Assembly: GCA_951406725.2 (NCBI GenBank)
Contig: OX597840.1
Location: forward strand, 20,212,001-20,276,000
DNA: 64,000 nt
Reading direction: 5' to 3'
Source of the DNA: Octopus vulgaris
Lineage: Eukaryota
Every line of letters begins with the position of its first letter. The stretch's first letter is position 1. Shown here piece by piece: positions 13,301-25,213 of the stretch. The notes beneath the pieces were generated by a model. The model ran no database searches and was not told where the DNA came from. It saw nothing but the letters and a program-made list of their open reading frames with translations. A program made the translations under genes and the position numbers.

Positions 13301-16300
13301 TCTGCTTTCCATCCTGGCATGGGTTGGACAGTTTGACAGGGGCTGGCAAGGCTGGAGGGCTGCACCAAACTTTGTTGTCCGTTTTGGTATGGTTTCTACA
13401 GCTGGATGCCTGTTTGTGGCCACGTAAAAGTGCCCGTGCGGTGCCATGTAAAAGTACCCGTCTTGCGGTGCCACGTAAAAGTGCCTGTGTGATCCCACGT
13501 ATTAGCACCCAGCATACTCTGTAAAGTGGTTGGCGCTATATATAAATATGCATCCATACCGTAGAAACACATAAAGTCAGACCAAAGCTTGGTGCAGCTC
13601 TGGTCAAACTGACCAGCCCACGCCCGCATGGACAACAGGCATTAACAGCATTACCAACCCGGCTGAAACCAGCTCTGGCTCTGAGTACTAATGTCTTGTT
13701 TTCATAAGTTCTGAATTAAAATCTTTCCACCAAACCTTAGTCACAATTTATGATTCCTAACACTAGCTTAATGATAACTAAGTTATTTTACTAAATTCTT
13801 TGTTATATTTAAAATTAATTGAAAGAGAACACAGAGCATCTCACAGTCAAATATGGTAACAAAAGGGTTAACAAATGATTGATTTAACTCACTTTAAAGC
13901 TGATACCTGGTCTTGCATCAAGGACAACAACGGAGATATCACAATACTGGTTCTTCCGGAGAATACCGACGGGAACTGGTAACACAAACTTTTACCATGA
14001 CCTGTAATGGAACAGACACGACTTTAACCCTTCCGCATTCAAACAAGCCCAAATATCCTGTCTTATGTGCAAACTGGCCAGATCAGGCCCCTTATACCTG
14101 CCCTACAATGTCATTCTAAGAATGGAAGCACTCTCACAGAAATATGGTAACAAAAGGGTTAACAAATGATTGATTTAACCCTTTTGATACCAACCTGAAG
14201 TCTGGCTCTGTAGTACAAATGTCTTGTTTTCATAAGTTCTGAATTAAAATCTTCCACCAAACCTTAGTCACAATTTATGATTCCTAACACTAGCTTAATG
14301 ATAACTAAGTTATTTTACTAAATTCTTGTTATATTTAAAATTAATTGAAAGAAACACAGAGCATCTCACAGAAATATGGTAACAAAAGGGTTAACACTCA
14401 CAACGCCCGGTCTGGGAATCGAAACCGCGATCCTACGACCGCGAGTCTGCTGCCCTAACCACTGGGCCATTGCGCCTCCCATTCTAAGAATAAACAGTCA
14501 CTTCTCTAAGCTACTAAATAATGCATAACTAATTGAAATCGATGTGAATAAAACCTCATCCTCATCATTTAATATCTGCTTTCCATCCTGGCATGGGTTG
14601 GACAGTTTGACAGGGGCTGGCAAGGCTGGAGGGCTGCACCAAACTTTGTTGTCCGTTTTGGTATGGTTTCTACAGCTGGATGCCTGTTTGTGGCCACGTA
14701 AAAGTGCCCGTGCGGTGCCGCATAGAAGTGCCCGTGTGATGCCACGTATTAGCACCCAGCATACTTTGTAAAGAGATTGGCACTAGGAAAAGCATCCAGC
14801 CGTAGAAACCAGGGCAAAGTCAGACTAGAGTCTGGTGCAGCTCCCCAGCTCTGGTCAAACTGACCAGCCCACGACCGCATGGACAACAGGCATTAACCCT
14901 TTCATTACCAACCCGGCTGAAACCAGCTCTGGCTCTGAGTACTAATGTCTTGTTTTCATAAGTTCTGAATTAAAATCTTCCACCAAACCTTAGTCACAAT
15001 TTATGATTCCTAACACTAGCTTAATGATAACTAAGTTATTTTACTAAATTCTTTGTTATATTTAAAATTAATTGAAAGAAACACAGAGCATCTCACAGAA
15101 ATATGGTAACAAAAGGGTTAACAAATGATTGATTTAACCCTTTTGATACCAACCCGGCTCTGGCTCTGTAGTACAAATGTCTTGTTTTCATAAGTTCTGA
15201 ATTAAAATCTTCCACCAAACCTTAGTCACAATTTATGATTCCTAACACTAGCTTAATGATAACTAAGTTATTTTACTAAATTCTTTGTTATATTTAAAAT
15301 TAATTGAAAGAAACACAGAGCATCTCACAGAAATATGGTAACAAAAGGGTTAACAAATGATTGATTTAACCCTTTTGATACCAACCCGGCTCTGGCTCTG
15401 TAGTACAAATGTCTTGTTTTCATAAGTTCTGAATTAAAATCTTCCACCAAACCTTAGTCACAATTTATGATTCCTAACACTAGCTTAATGATAACTAAGT
15501 TATTTTACTAAATTCTTTGTTATATTTAAAATTAATTGAAAGAAACACAGAGCATCTCACAGAAATATGGTAACAAAAGGGTTAACAAATGATTGATTTA
15601 ACCCTTTTGATACCAACCCGGCTCTGGCTCTGTAGTACAAATGTCTTGTTTTCATAAGTTCTGAATTAAAATCTTCCACCAAACCTTAGTCACAATTTGT
15701 TATTTTACTAAATTCTTTGTTACATTTAAAGTAATTGTAAGAAACACAGAGCATCTCAAAATAAACCCAGTAATGAAAGGGTTAAATGATGATGAGATAC
15801 AGGAATGGCTCAGTGGGAGAGGTCATATCAGATATGTGAGGGCAACCGGAGTGATAGGGGATAAAGGAGATGTTAAAGATGGAGAATAGCAGAGAGGGGT
15901 CAAAGAGGGGCTGGAGGTCGATAACAAGAAACAAGAGTGTTTCTGGGGGAGGGGGGATGAAAAGTGGACATTAGAATGATGACGGTGACAAAGATGAAAA
16001 AAAAAGGGATCAGCTCACCTGTCGGCATGACAACACAATTGTCCTTTTTAAAATTCAAAATTGAGTTGATGATTTTCCACTGCATGCTAGAGAAAGAGAG
16101 AAGGTAATGGTGGTTTTACATTAAGGTACAAGTTAAAAAAAAAGGGTGGGGGGAAGGGGGTCAGTTGATTACCACAGACCCCAGTATATAACTGGTACTC
16201 TGTTTTATCAACCCTGAAAGGATGAAAAACAAAGATGACCTCAACAAGAATGTGAAGAGACAAAACAAGTTCTACCAAGTGACCAATAATAATAATAATA

Positions 16301-16528
16301 ATAATAATCTTTCCTGCTCTAGGCACAAGGCCTGAAATTTTTGGGGAGGGGGGTTGGCCAGTCGATTAGATTGACCCCCAGTACGCAGCTGGTACTTAAT
16401 TTATTGACCCCCGAGAGGACAAAAGGCAAAGTTGACCTCAGCGGAATTTGAACTCAGAACATAAAGACAAACTATTGCTCAGTATTTCGTCCAGTGTGCT
16501 AATGGTTCTGCCAGCTCACCGCCTTCCA

Positions 16529-16567
<39 letters not shown>

Positions 16568-18738
16568 GCCCTGATGCAGTACCAGGCAGTGGCTCTCATG
16601 GCTTCTGATCTTAACTGATTGGAAGTGATATCATGTACATTGTTTTGTCTTGGTATATGTTTTGTCTTGGTATAAAAGATGGGATACAGCAAATATTCTG
16701 CTCAATACCACAGATTTGCTTGTCAGTTGTTTGACCTTAATCTTTTGAGCATGTCCCTTGGTGGCTGACGATATGTACATCTCCGATCACAAGCAGAAGT
16801 AGTGGGGGAGCATCATAGCCATGTGTTGAGAGGGATTCTTTGGGGTTTGGATAATTCACCTCTGGAAACGTAGGTGTTTCGTTCAACATCCTTAAGCAAC
16901 CCTTATTCAGGGATCTTTTCAGCAGGATGGGCTACTCGACCCGAAGAAAATTCTAACTGGGCCCCACCTGTAAGGTCATGTGCTGTTTATCTTGATATGA
17001 GATCACCATGTTGCACACATGATTGTGATGTATGTGCCTGGTGTACCCTTATCAGATGGGTAGTCATGATGGGTATACTGGGCTTTGTATATTTGTACCC
17101 CAGTGTCACTTTGATGGCATGCTCTGCACTCTCTCTCAATAATAACAATAAGGCTTTCAAATTTTGCCACAAGGGTAGCAATTTTGGGGGAGGGTGCTAG
17201 GGAATTACATCAACCCCAGTACACAACTGGTACTTAATTTATCGATACCCCCAAAAGGATCAAAGGTAAAGTCAACCGCATCGAGATTTGAACTCGGAAC
17301 AATAATAATAATCCTTTTTTCTAGAGGCAGAAGGCCTGAAAATTTGTGGGGAGGGAGTAAGTCGATTATACTGACCCCTGAAAAAGGTAAGGTACCGGTA
17401 AAGGTACCTTCTCGGGTCATGCTGACCCACAAAGGCTAGTGTCCTGGTTTCCACGATATAACCAAGTGAAATCAGTCGAGGCTAGTGCCAGTGCCACCTG
17501 ACTGGCACCCATGCCGGTGGCACATAAAAAGCACCATTTGAGCATGGGCGATGCTCGTGCCACCTGACTGGTTCCTGTGCTGGTGGCACGTAAAAAACAC
17601 CAACTACAGTCTTGGAGTGTTTGGTGTTTGGAAGGGCATCCAGCTGTAAAAACCTTGTCAGATCAGATTGCCAGCCCTTAGTCAATCTGTCTAACCCATG
17701 CCAACATGGAAAACGGACGTTAAACAATGATGATGATGATGATGTATTCCCCACCTGGATTGGCTGCCAGTCCATCACAGGGTTGCTCCTTTTTGCCAGC
17801 TGAGTGGACTGGAGCAACATGAAATGAAGTGTTTTGCTCAAGTGTTTTGCGTCGCCCGGTCCAGGAATCAAAACCACAATCTTACGATCACGAGTCCAAC
17901 ACCCGAAACACTAAGCAACATGTCTTCACAGTCGCATAAAAATCACCCAGTGGCGCACTCTGTGAAGGGCACCCAGCCTGGGCAACATTCCAGCTGGCAC
18001 GATCCTGTCAGCATGGAAGACAGATGAATGATGAAATGAGACGAATGTGTGATTGATGTAAAAACATTTTATGCCAGCATGGAAGACAGATGAATGATGA
18101 AATGAGACGAATGTGTGATTGATGTAAAAACATTTTATGCCAGCATGGAAGACAGATGAATGATGAAATGAGACGAATGTGTGATTGATGTAAAAACATT
18201 TTCTGACTTACTGTCGAAACTTGGAATATCCAAAATACACCTTCAATATGTGGAGATATTTGGGGTCTACAGGTTGATCCAGATCTGGAATAAGAGGGAT
18301 ACAAAAAGCAGAAAACCATATAAACTGGTGATGGCAGTGGATGGTAGCTAGGTAGGCGATGGTGGGATGGACATGCGAAGGCAATGGAAGACAGAGTAGA
18401 AGCGATGGTGCTATGGACGCGATTGGTAGTGAGGATAAAGTAGAGCTAAAGTGGAGATGGCGAAGAATGGTAGTTATACAAGAGCTGGGTTAAAATGGGG
18501 GGGGGTGATGGTAGAAGTTAGCCGAAGAAGAGGTAGGGTGAAATTGGAAGTTACAGGAGCTCTTGTGATGGTAGAAGGCGCAGGAGTGGCTGTGTGGTAA
18601 GTAGCTTGCTTACCAACCACATGGTTCAAGGTTCAGTCCCACTGCGTGGCATCTTGGGCAGGTGTCTTTTGCTATAGCCCCGGACCAACCAATGCCTTGT
18701 GAGTGGATTTGGTAGATGGAAACTGAAAGAAGCCCGTC

Positions 18739-18770
<32 letters not shown>

Positions 18771-21608
18771 CTGTGATTGTCCCCCTAGCATTGCTTGACA
18801 ACCGATGCTGGTGTGTTTACGTCCCTGTCACGGAACCTTTCTCCACTTCAGTCTTCGAAGGTCTTGCTTGAATATTTGCTACTACCACCGAGATCTGCAC
18901 CCGCGGCTTCCATGCGCGCCGCGGGGCCCTCCTACTCGACCGGGCATCGGAAAGTCGCCTCGCCGGATACCTCTCGGTGGATGTTATTGAAATCTAGGAA
19001 CTACGAGATAAAGCAAGAGAAAGCCATTTCTACCTAAATACCAAAATTTGATTGAAAAACCGAAATTTTCAATTTGTTTTTTGCTTTTGTTTCAGAGTTT
19101 GAAATGGAGATCAATAGTTATGAAGATTGCTTTGGTCAGGCGAAAGGTCAAATTGTGATTCTACCCAAATATATCAGTGCTTGAGAAGAAGAGCCACGAA
19201 GCCGAGCAAAATCAATCATAGCAGATACAGGTGTCATGCAAATGGCACCTATGCCAGTGGCGCATAAAGGCACCTGGTACACACTCGGAGTGATTGGCGT
19301 TAGGAAGGGCATCCAGCCATAGAAACCATGCTAAATAAGACTGGAGTCTGGTGCAGACTTCCAGCTTGCCAGCCTTGGTCAAACTGTCCAACCCATGCCA
19401 GCATGGACAACAGATGCTAAATGATGATGATGATGATGGTGATTACTTTGGGACTTAGGAAAGGAAAATGTTATATTACTCAGAACATATGAAATAAGGG
19501 CCAACCATAAGCTTGAAGAGAAGCAGGGGACACTTGGAACAAACTTATGAAAATGCTTTGGTCAGACAACAGTCAAACAAGAATTACCTTCTGCTACACT
19601 TTGGTCATTCTCATTACTGGGAGCGGATTTTGCCACAGCCTCCAATAGCTACAAGAGAAAAAAAAAAGGGGTTACAAAAAAAAAAAAAAAAAAAAGTCCA
19701 TTAAACATAAAGAACATCAAGGATGGAAGTATAAGGGTTCGAATCTCTTCTGAAACTATACAGGGATGCCCTAAGGCAGCGAGCTGGCAGAACCGTTAGC
19801 ACGCCGGGCGAAATTCATAGCAGCATTTTGTCTGCCGCTACGTTCTGAGTTCAAATTCCGCTAAGGTCGACTTTGCCTTTCATCCTTTCGGGGTCGATAA
19901 ATTAAGTACCAGTTACGCACTAGGGTCAATATAATCGACTTAATACCTATGTCTGTCCATGTTTGTACTGTCATATATATATGTGCGTGTTTGTGTGTCT
20001 GTGTTTGTCCCCCCCAACCTCGCTTGACAACCGATGCTGGTGTGTTTACGTCCCCGTAACTTAGCAGTTCAGCAAAAAAGATACTGATAGAATAAGTACT
20101 AGGCTTACAAAGAATAAGACCTGGGGTCGATTTGATCGACTAAAGGCGGTGCTCCAGCATGACCATAGTCAAAATGACTGAAACAAGTAAAAGAGTAAAA
20201 AAGAGTATATAGGTAGAGTCTTCTACTTTAGCCCCATCCCAACCAAAAGAGGGAGAGAGAAGAGTCAAAGAAAACACTAAAAGTGAGGAAAAATCAAAAT
20301 TTCATACCGCATCAAGTGCATCATCATCATCATCATCAAATTCGTCATCGATTTCATTGCTAACGAAGCTAAAAGATGCTTGGCCCGTGTCTTGTGATGC
20401 AGCATTATCTCTAAGCTGAAATTGAAAATACATCCTTAGCACTTAAAGGCTGCAGGGAATGCCAGATACTGGCTAAATATAACTGCCTTAGGGTCCCTCC
20501 CCTTGGGCTTTTATTAGCCTTTTTTTTAACCTTTAGTATTTAAACCAGCCAAAACAGTTAATCTGTTTTATGTTCAAACTGACCAGATCCAGGCTCTCAC
20601 ACCTACCCTACAATGTTATTCTATATTAAGTAATTAAGACGGCGAGCTGGCAGAAACGTTAGCACGCCGGGCGAAATGCGTATCCGTATTTCGTCCGTCG
20701 ATACGTTCCGAGTTCAAATTCCACCGAGGCCGACTTTGCCTTCCATCCTTTCGGGGTCAATAAATTAAGTACCAGTTACGCACTGGAGTCGATATAACCG
20801 ACTTAATACCTATGTCTGTCCTCGTTTGTCCCCTCTGTGTTTAGCACCTTGTGGGTAATAAAGAAATAGGTATTTCGTCTGCCGCTACGTTCTGAGTTCA
20901 AATTCCGCTGAGGTCGACTTTGCTTTTTATCCTTTCGGGGTCGATAAATTAAGTACCAGTTATGCACTAGGGTCGATGTAATCGACCTAATCCCTTTGTC
21001 TGTCCTTGTTTGTCCCTTCTGTGTTTAGCCCCTTGTGGGTAATAAAGAAATAGGTATGCATGGGTGACAGCTGGTCTTCCATGAAAACAACCTTGCCCAG
21101 ACTTGTGCCTCGGAGGGACTCTTTCTAGGTGCAATCACACGATCATTCATGACGAAAGGGGGTCTTTACCCTTTACCCTTTTTGTATCATGGAACCAGGG
21201 GTGGTTCAGGAAGGACAGGTGGAGGGGAAGAATGGAGAATTAAAAATTTAAAAAACTTACCTCGTTTTCCAGTTCCTCCTCAAGTGCCAAATCAAAACTC
21301 AGATCATCCTCAACATCATCAACATGACCACTCTGAGAGTCACTTTTATGAACGCCATCATTGTTATTACTGTTCTTGGACAGGTCTGACGGTGAAGACG
21401 TGACTCGTTTCTGTTGGTTGGCCAGTGTTAATATCTCGTTCATCTGGTCGACGTTGGTGATGGTCATGTCCAGCAACGATGGCACTTCGCTGTTGCTGCT
21501 GCAGATTTTGTCCAGTTCCTGGGCATTAAAACCTCGGACTTGACTTACAAACCTTTCCACCATCTCTTGCAGCTTGGATGATCTTTCGTGCAACGATTCC
21601 GAAAACAT
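369..21608 (-). CDS. WRN: WRN-like RecQ DNA helicase, spliced gene, 3' end beyond the left edge of the window
   Basis: 17 GT-AG exons join in frame (1884 nt, 628 aa). Motifs: [14 protein letters not shown] (I), [13 protein letters not shown] (Ia), [15 protein letters not shown] (II), ALTATAT (III), IIYCPT (IV), [11 protein letters not shown] (V), [12 protein letters not shown] (VI), CRR...CCDNC Zn-binding region. FRHMQWKII and [10 protein letters not shown] resemble WRN more than BLM/RECQL. Confidence 0.85.
1228..1810 (-). mobile_element. RTE-clade LINE 3' fragment
   Basis: Post-RT peptide YLGSYI...[13 protein letters not shown]...RRVRFAGHC...W; (GAT)n tail. Confidence 0.85.
2992..3072 (-). 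CDS. WRN: WRN-like exon (LLLEHFEDK...CCDNCLK)
   Basis: HF...CCDNC Zn ligands. Confidence 0.9.
3725..3826 (-). CDS. WRN: WRN-like exon (FFVKDI...[13 protein letters not shown])
   Basis: RecQ Zn-binding region; canonical splice sites. Confidence 0.9.
4676..4784 (-). CDS. WRN: WRN-like exon ([18 protein letters not shown]...DFNIH)
   Basis: Motif VI. Confidence 0.95.
5403..5780 (-). mobile_element. RTE LINE fragment, rearranged
   Basis: Same sequence family as 1228-1810. Confidence 0.75.
5855..5927 (-). CDS. WRN: WRN-like exon ([24 protein letters not shown])
   Basis: Motif V. Confidence 0.95.
6473..6564 (-). CDS. WRN: WRN-like exon ([13 protein letters not shown]...NEIQ)
   Basis: YHAGM motif; canonical splice sites. 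Confidence 0.92.
6681..6967 (-). mobile_element. Non-autonomous Helitron
   Basis: Minus strand starts A|TC and ends in a GC-rich subterminal hairpin then CTAG|T. Confidence 0.65.
7358..7518 (-). CDS. WRN: WRN-like exon (PNLFLSV...TIIYCPTKK...VIE)
   Basis: Motif IV; canonical splice sites. Confidence 0.92.
8253..8359 (-). CDS. WRN: WRN-like exon ([11 protein letters not shown]...TCTGFNR)
   Basis: Motif III; canonical splice sites. Confidence 0.92.
8767..8951. mobile_element. hAT-type MITE
   Basis: CAGTG...CACTG terminal inverted repeats with perfect 8-bp TSD GTCTAATG. Confidence 0.85.
9506..9612 (-). CDS. WRN: WRN-like exon ([23 protein letters not shown]...LPQ)
   Basis: DEAH box plus RecQ aromatic-rich loop. 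Confidence 0.95.
10695..10777 (-). CDS. WRN: WRN-like exon ([12 protein letters not shown]...LHKEI)
   Basis: Motif Ib YITPE; canonical splice sites. Confidence 0.9.
11003..11172 (-). mobile_element. RTE LINE fragment
   Basis: [10 protein letters not shown]...KATVEP, same family. Confidence 0.75.
11419..11493 (-). CDS. WRN: WRN-like exon ([13 protein letters not shown]...EDLY)
   Basis: Resembles WRN NIPACFLGSAQ; phase 2-2. Confidence 0.85.
12686..12750 (+). ncRNA. Type-I hammerhead-like motif forming the right arm of a long inverted repeat
   Basis: GGATAA / CTGAAGA / GAT...GTGGATATATCCAC...ATCt / GAAA / CTCaGAG / TT / TTATCT. Confidence 0.5.
13893..14001 (-). CDS. WRN: WRN-like exon ([11 protein letters not shown]...[14 protein letters not shown])
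   Basis: Walker A and motif Ia; AG/GTGAGT. Confidence 0.9.
14893..15785. repeat. Tandem array (232-bp period) of a piggyBac-like MITE
   Basis: Units TTAACCCTTT...AAAGGGTTAA start at 14893, 15134, 15366, 15598; further copies at 4016-4480 and 14174-14394. Confidence 0.8.
16019..16086 (-). CDS. WRN: WRN-like exon ([22 protein letters not shown])
   Basis: Q motif through to motif I; canonical splice sites. Confidence 0.9.
18011..18200. repeat. 66-bp tandem repeat x3
   Basis: GCATGGAAGACAGATGAATGATGAAATGAGACG... at 18011, 18077, 18143. Confidence 0.9.
18212..18284 (-). CDS. WRN: WRN-like exon ([23 protein letters not shown])
   Basis: RecQ motif 0 start (LKxYFGxxxFR); canonical splice sites. 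Confidence 0.85.
19588..19648 (-). CDS. WRN: WRN-like exon ([20 protein letters not shown])
   Basis: Polypyrimidine-AG/GTAAT boundaries, phase 0-1. Confidence 0.7.
20308..20415 (-). CDS. WRN: WRN-like exon (LRDNAAS...[11 protein letters not shown]), acidic
   Basis: AG/GTATG boundaries, 108 nt, phase 0-0. Confidence 0.7.
20640..21055 (+). mobile_element. SINE family B, partial dimer (other copies 19775, 30817, 35628, 38912, 47752; - strand 29318, 50520)
   Basis: GGCGAGCTGGCAGAAACGTTAGC head, GTTCAAATTCC B-box, conserved GCCTTTCATCCTTTCGGGGTCGATAAATTAAGTACC core. Confidence 0.85.
21261..21608 (-). CDS. WRN: WRN-like coding exon 1 ([11 protein letters not shown]...LEEELENE)
   Basis: Exon 21261-21660 with AG acceptor and GTAAG donor; ATG at 21608; phase fits the next exon. 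Confidence 0.7.
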
Positions 21609-21834
21609 GGTTCGTTGCTGATCATCTGTGGACGTTAATCTGGTAGTGATGAAGTTATGCCTAATATTAAAAGACAAAATAGAATAGAAAAAAATCACAA
21701 TTAATATTGATAGTCAACACTGACCAGAGTCAATCCAAGTCAAACCACTACTTCTCTATGTCGAGGGGTCACAGGTCTCACACTAGACTTGTGATCCAAA
21801 TATTGCAAGACAGATTCTTCAATCAAAATTCAGT

Positions 21835-21990
21835 ATATATATGTATATATATATATGCATCTAACTATATATAATGTATATATATATATATATATGCATC
21901 TAACTATAATATATTATATATATATATATATATATATACATCTAACTATATATATATGTATATATATATATATATATGCATCTAACTATA

Positions 21991-22030
<40 letters not shown>

Positions 22031-22635
22031 TCTATCTATATATATATATATATATGCATCTATCTATCTATATATATATGCATCTATCTATATATATATG
22101 TATGTATATATATGCATCTATCTATCTATATATGTATGTATATATATGCATCTATCTATATATATATGTATATATATATATGCATCTATCTATATATATA
22201 TATATATGTATATATATGCATCTATCTATATATATATATATGTATATATATATGCATCTATCTATCTATATATATATATATATATATATATGCATCTATC
22301 TATATATATATGTATGTATATATATGCATCTATCTATATATATATATATATGTATATATATGCATCTATCTATATATATATGTATGTATATATGCATCTA
22401 TCTATATATATATATATGTATATATATGCATCTATCTATATATATATATATGTATATATATGCATCTATCTATATATATATATATATATATGTATCTATC
22501 TATCTATATATATATATATATGCATCTATCTATATATACATGTATATATATATGCATCTATCTATATATATATGCATCTCTCTCTCTCTCTCTCTCTCAC
22601 TATATATATATATATACATACATACATACACACAT
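21835..22635. repeat. Compound (TA)n microsatellite punctuated by GCATCTATC
   Basis: Direct reading. Confidence 0.95.
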
Positions 22636-23821
22636 GTAAATTTAAATTTAAAATAATAAGGGTGAAAAATTGAATATAAATTTGATTAATATGAATTTAA
22701 AACCAGTTGTGTGGGCTCGCTCTATGACACTATATGGACCCTAAGGGAGGCATGTGTAATATCATATGGATTGACAAGGACGGAAGAGATCAATCACTTC
22801 ATGACCTCGAAAGGTCACCCGAGGGTGATTTCACTGCTATTTCTAGCAGGTCGAGAGGTGACATAGAGGTGTTCTCATCTCTTGTGTATGCTTTTGTATG
22901 AGAGACTGGATAAGTTATGTGAGTTAGTGGTATGGACAAGTAGAATAATATGTCGGGGCCTAAGTACAGTTTGGGGACCCACCTCAACTGATACCGTCTC
23001 TTCATAACTTTCTGAACAATGTATATTTTATGAAATTTTGCAGAGATGCCTTTTCGATGGCGTAGATTATTGTTATGGCGATATTTTGGTTTCTAATTTT
23101 GGCAGCAATTTCGAGGTAAAGGATAATTCGATCACATCGATCTCCAGTATTCAACAGGTACTTAATTTTTATCAACCTCGAAAAGGATGAAAAACAATGT
23201 AGATCTCGGAGGAATTTGAACTCAGAAAGTAAGAACTGACGAAATGCCGCAAAGCATTTTGCTCAATTGTGCCGCCAACGATTCTTCCTTTTGGTCGTCC
23301 TTGTCATCGGGACATTTTAAAAAATTCTTATTTTGGAAGAGTTTCGTATCGCTCTTCCACCTCCCAAATTTGTTTCCTTACAATTGTTTAAAATTCTTGT
23401 TCTTAAATGACATTTAGCAGTAATACGTTTCCCAGAGTGTATATTACGTAATGTTCAAGTTGCGAACTTAAACCTTTGGAAAAAATGGGACAAATGCCAA
23501 AATTAGAAATGACGAAATCAGAGTGAAAACGATCCAGAAATACTGAAAAATGTTTTTCTATATAAAATTTATCAACACAATCAAAATGTACACCCTTGGT
23601 AATCCACCTCTGCAAGGATTTATTTTAAAACATATAATTTTCGAGATGTTATGATGAAACAGATCGATGGGGCACTAAACTGTAGTTATGCCTACAATTG
23701 TAGTAACAACGTCTGTGTTTACAAACGTAATATGGGCAGTGAAAAAAAGAATGACATTATATTAATGACTATCTCAACGGTAATGACAATGACAATAAAT
23801 GAATTAAAATATATAAATTAC

Positions 23822-24586
23822 CTGAAGATTAGGGAAATATAACAAGAATTTCAAAAAAGATTTACGTAGAAATAATAAGACAAGAACCGCGGGAATTCTC
23901 TTCGAAGACAAAACTTCGCGCTGACAATGAGGTTGCTTTTAAAAACTGGATTTAAGCGAAACGCAACAATACCCTGTAACAATTTATATAAAATATAAAA
24001 ATATGTATTTATAAATCAATATAATTTATTATTCATAAAGTTACGTGTTGTTAAAGGTCTATAAATGTAATTGTTGCTTATACGTAATTCCAAAAGTTTA
24101 ATTGTAATAAAATTTCTTAGACAACTAGAGGGTCATTATAAAATGTTACTCCCTTTTGGTATTCTTAACTTGAAAATTGGTCTTTATATTTTGATTAAAT
24201 ATTTTGTAGATTACTGTAATAATGTTGTATGACTATTTAAAAATATATTGTGTCTGTATTTTTGAAAATATATTTTAATCATAATATCGTTCCAGCTAAT
24301 ACTTTTCCACGTTTTCGTCAAATTTGATATGAAAGTTAAAAATAAGCGATAAAATTGTTGCGAATTTTTTCCCCACGAATATGAAAAAAAATGTAATTTT
24401 CCTTTAATTTTTAAAATATTTGATTTAAAATGTCATTTATATATTTTATAAATAAAACAAAACCTTTTTAGAGATGCGAACTGCTTAATTTATCGAAATA
24501 AGATCTGCACCGCCTTTATCAATTGGTAACGTCTGACAAACCGTCGTTTGGACTCAACGTCGAACTTTCATCTGTAATAATTTAAG
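23822..24586. promoter_or_regulatory. Putative bidirectional promoter with non-coding first exons of WRN-like (-) and EFTUD2 (+)
   Basis: Repeat-free AT-rich stretch between divergent genes; minus-strand CAG|GTAAT donor at 23821; possible plus-strand AAG|GTCTGT donor near 24587; both ATG-bearing exons begin with splice acceptors. Confidence 0.5.
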
Positions 24587-25213
24587 GTCTGTTGTGTTTC
24601 TATTTCTTGTTTACGATAAATATAAATGCCTGCATAAGAAATATATAACATGTGGCTTCTGTCTTTCCTAGTTTTTACTTATTTCTGCGATTTAGAACCC
24701 GAATATATTTTATATTATAAACGAAAAACCTTTGTTTCGCTCGTCACCGGTCAATAACAGAATCGAGATAAACACATGGAGTTCGCAACCAGCGAGGAAG
24801 TCGCTTCGTGCCGGATCGACCTGCTGGAAATAACACCTGAATTTCCCTCATGTAACTGTCTTTGTAAAAATGTGACACATTGGATAATGTAGTTCTAGAT
24901 ATGCAATGCCTGAGAAAATGACGAGATGGTCAAATTTGGATTGCCTTTGATGGCGGAGGTAAAGAATACGTACACCACCCGTTTTCGGCTTACATAACCC
25001 CTAATCCTAGCCCTAACCACCGGGTGTACGTATCCTTTACTTTCGCCGCCTTTGATCCTTCTTCCGTTTAAACTCAGTGATTCCCAACCATTTTTTATGT
25101 ATAGAACCCTTTGATTTCTATTTTCTTCGTAGATCCCACTTCTTTGTTTAAAAAATCCTTTTATATTTTTATAATTAAATATTATTAGGAATTGTATAAG
25201 TGTATACTTATAT

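Noticed and set aside
21855-22673. Long Y/I-rich ORFs (272, 226, 175 aa)
   Set aside because: Translations of a (TA)n compound microsatellite
25030-25038. GTATCCTTT matching the U12 5' splice-site consensus
   Set aside because: It lies at the edge of a small palindromic repeat; the downstream acceptor has a long U2-type poly-T tract and no clear U12 branch point
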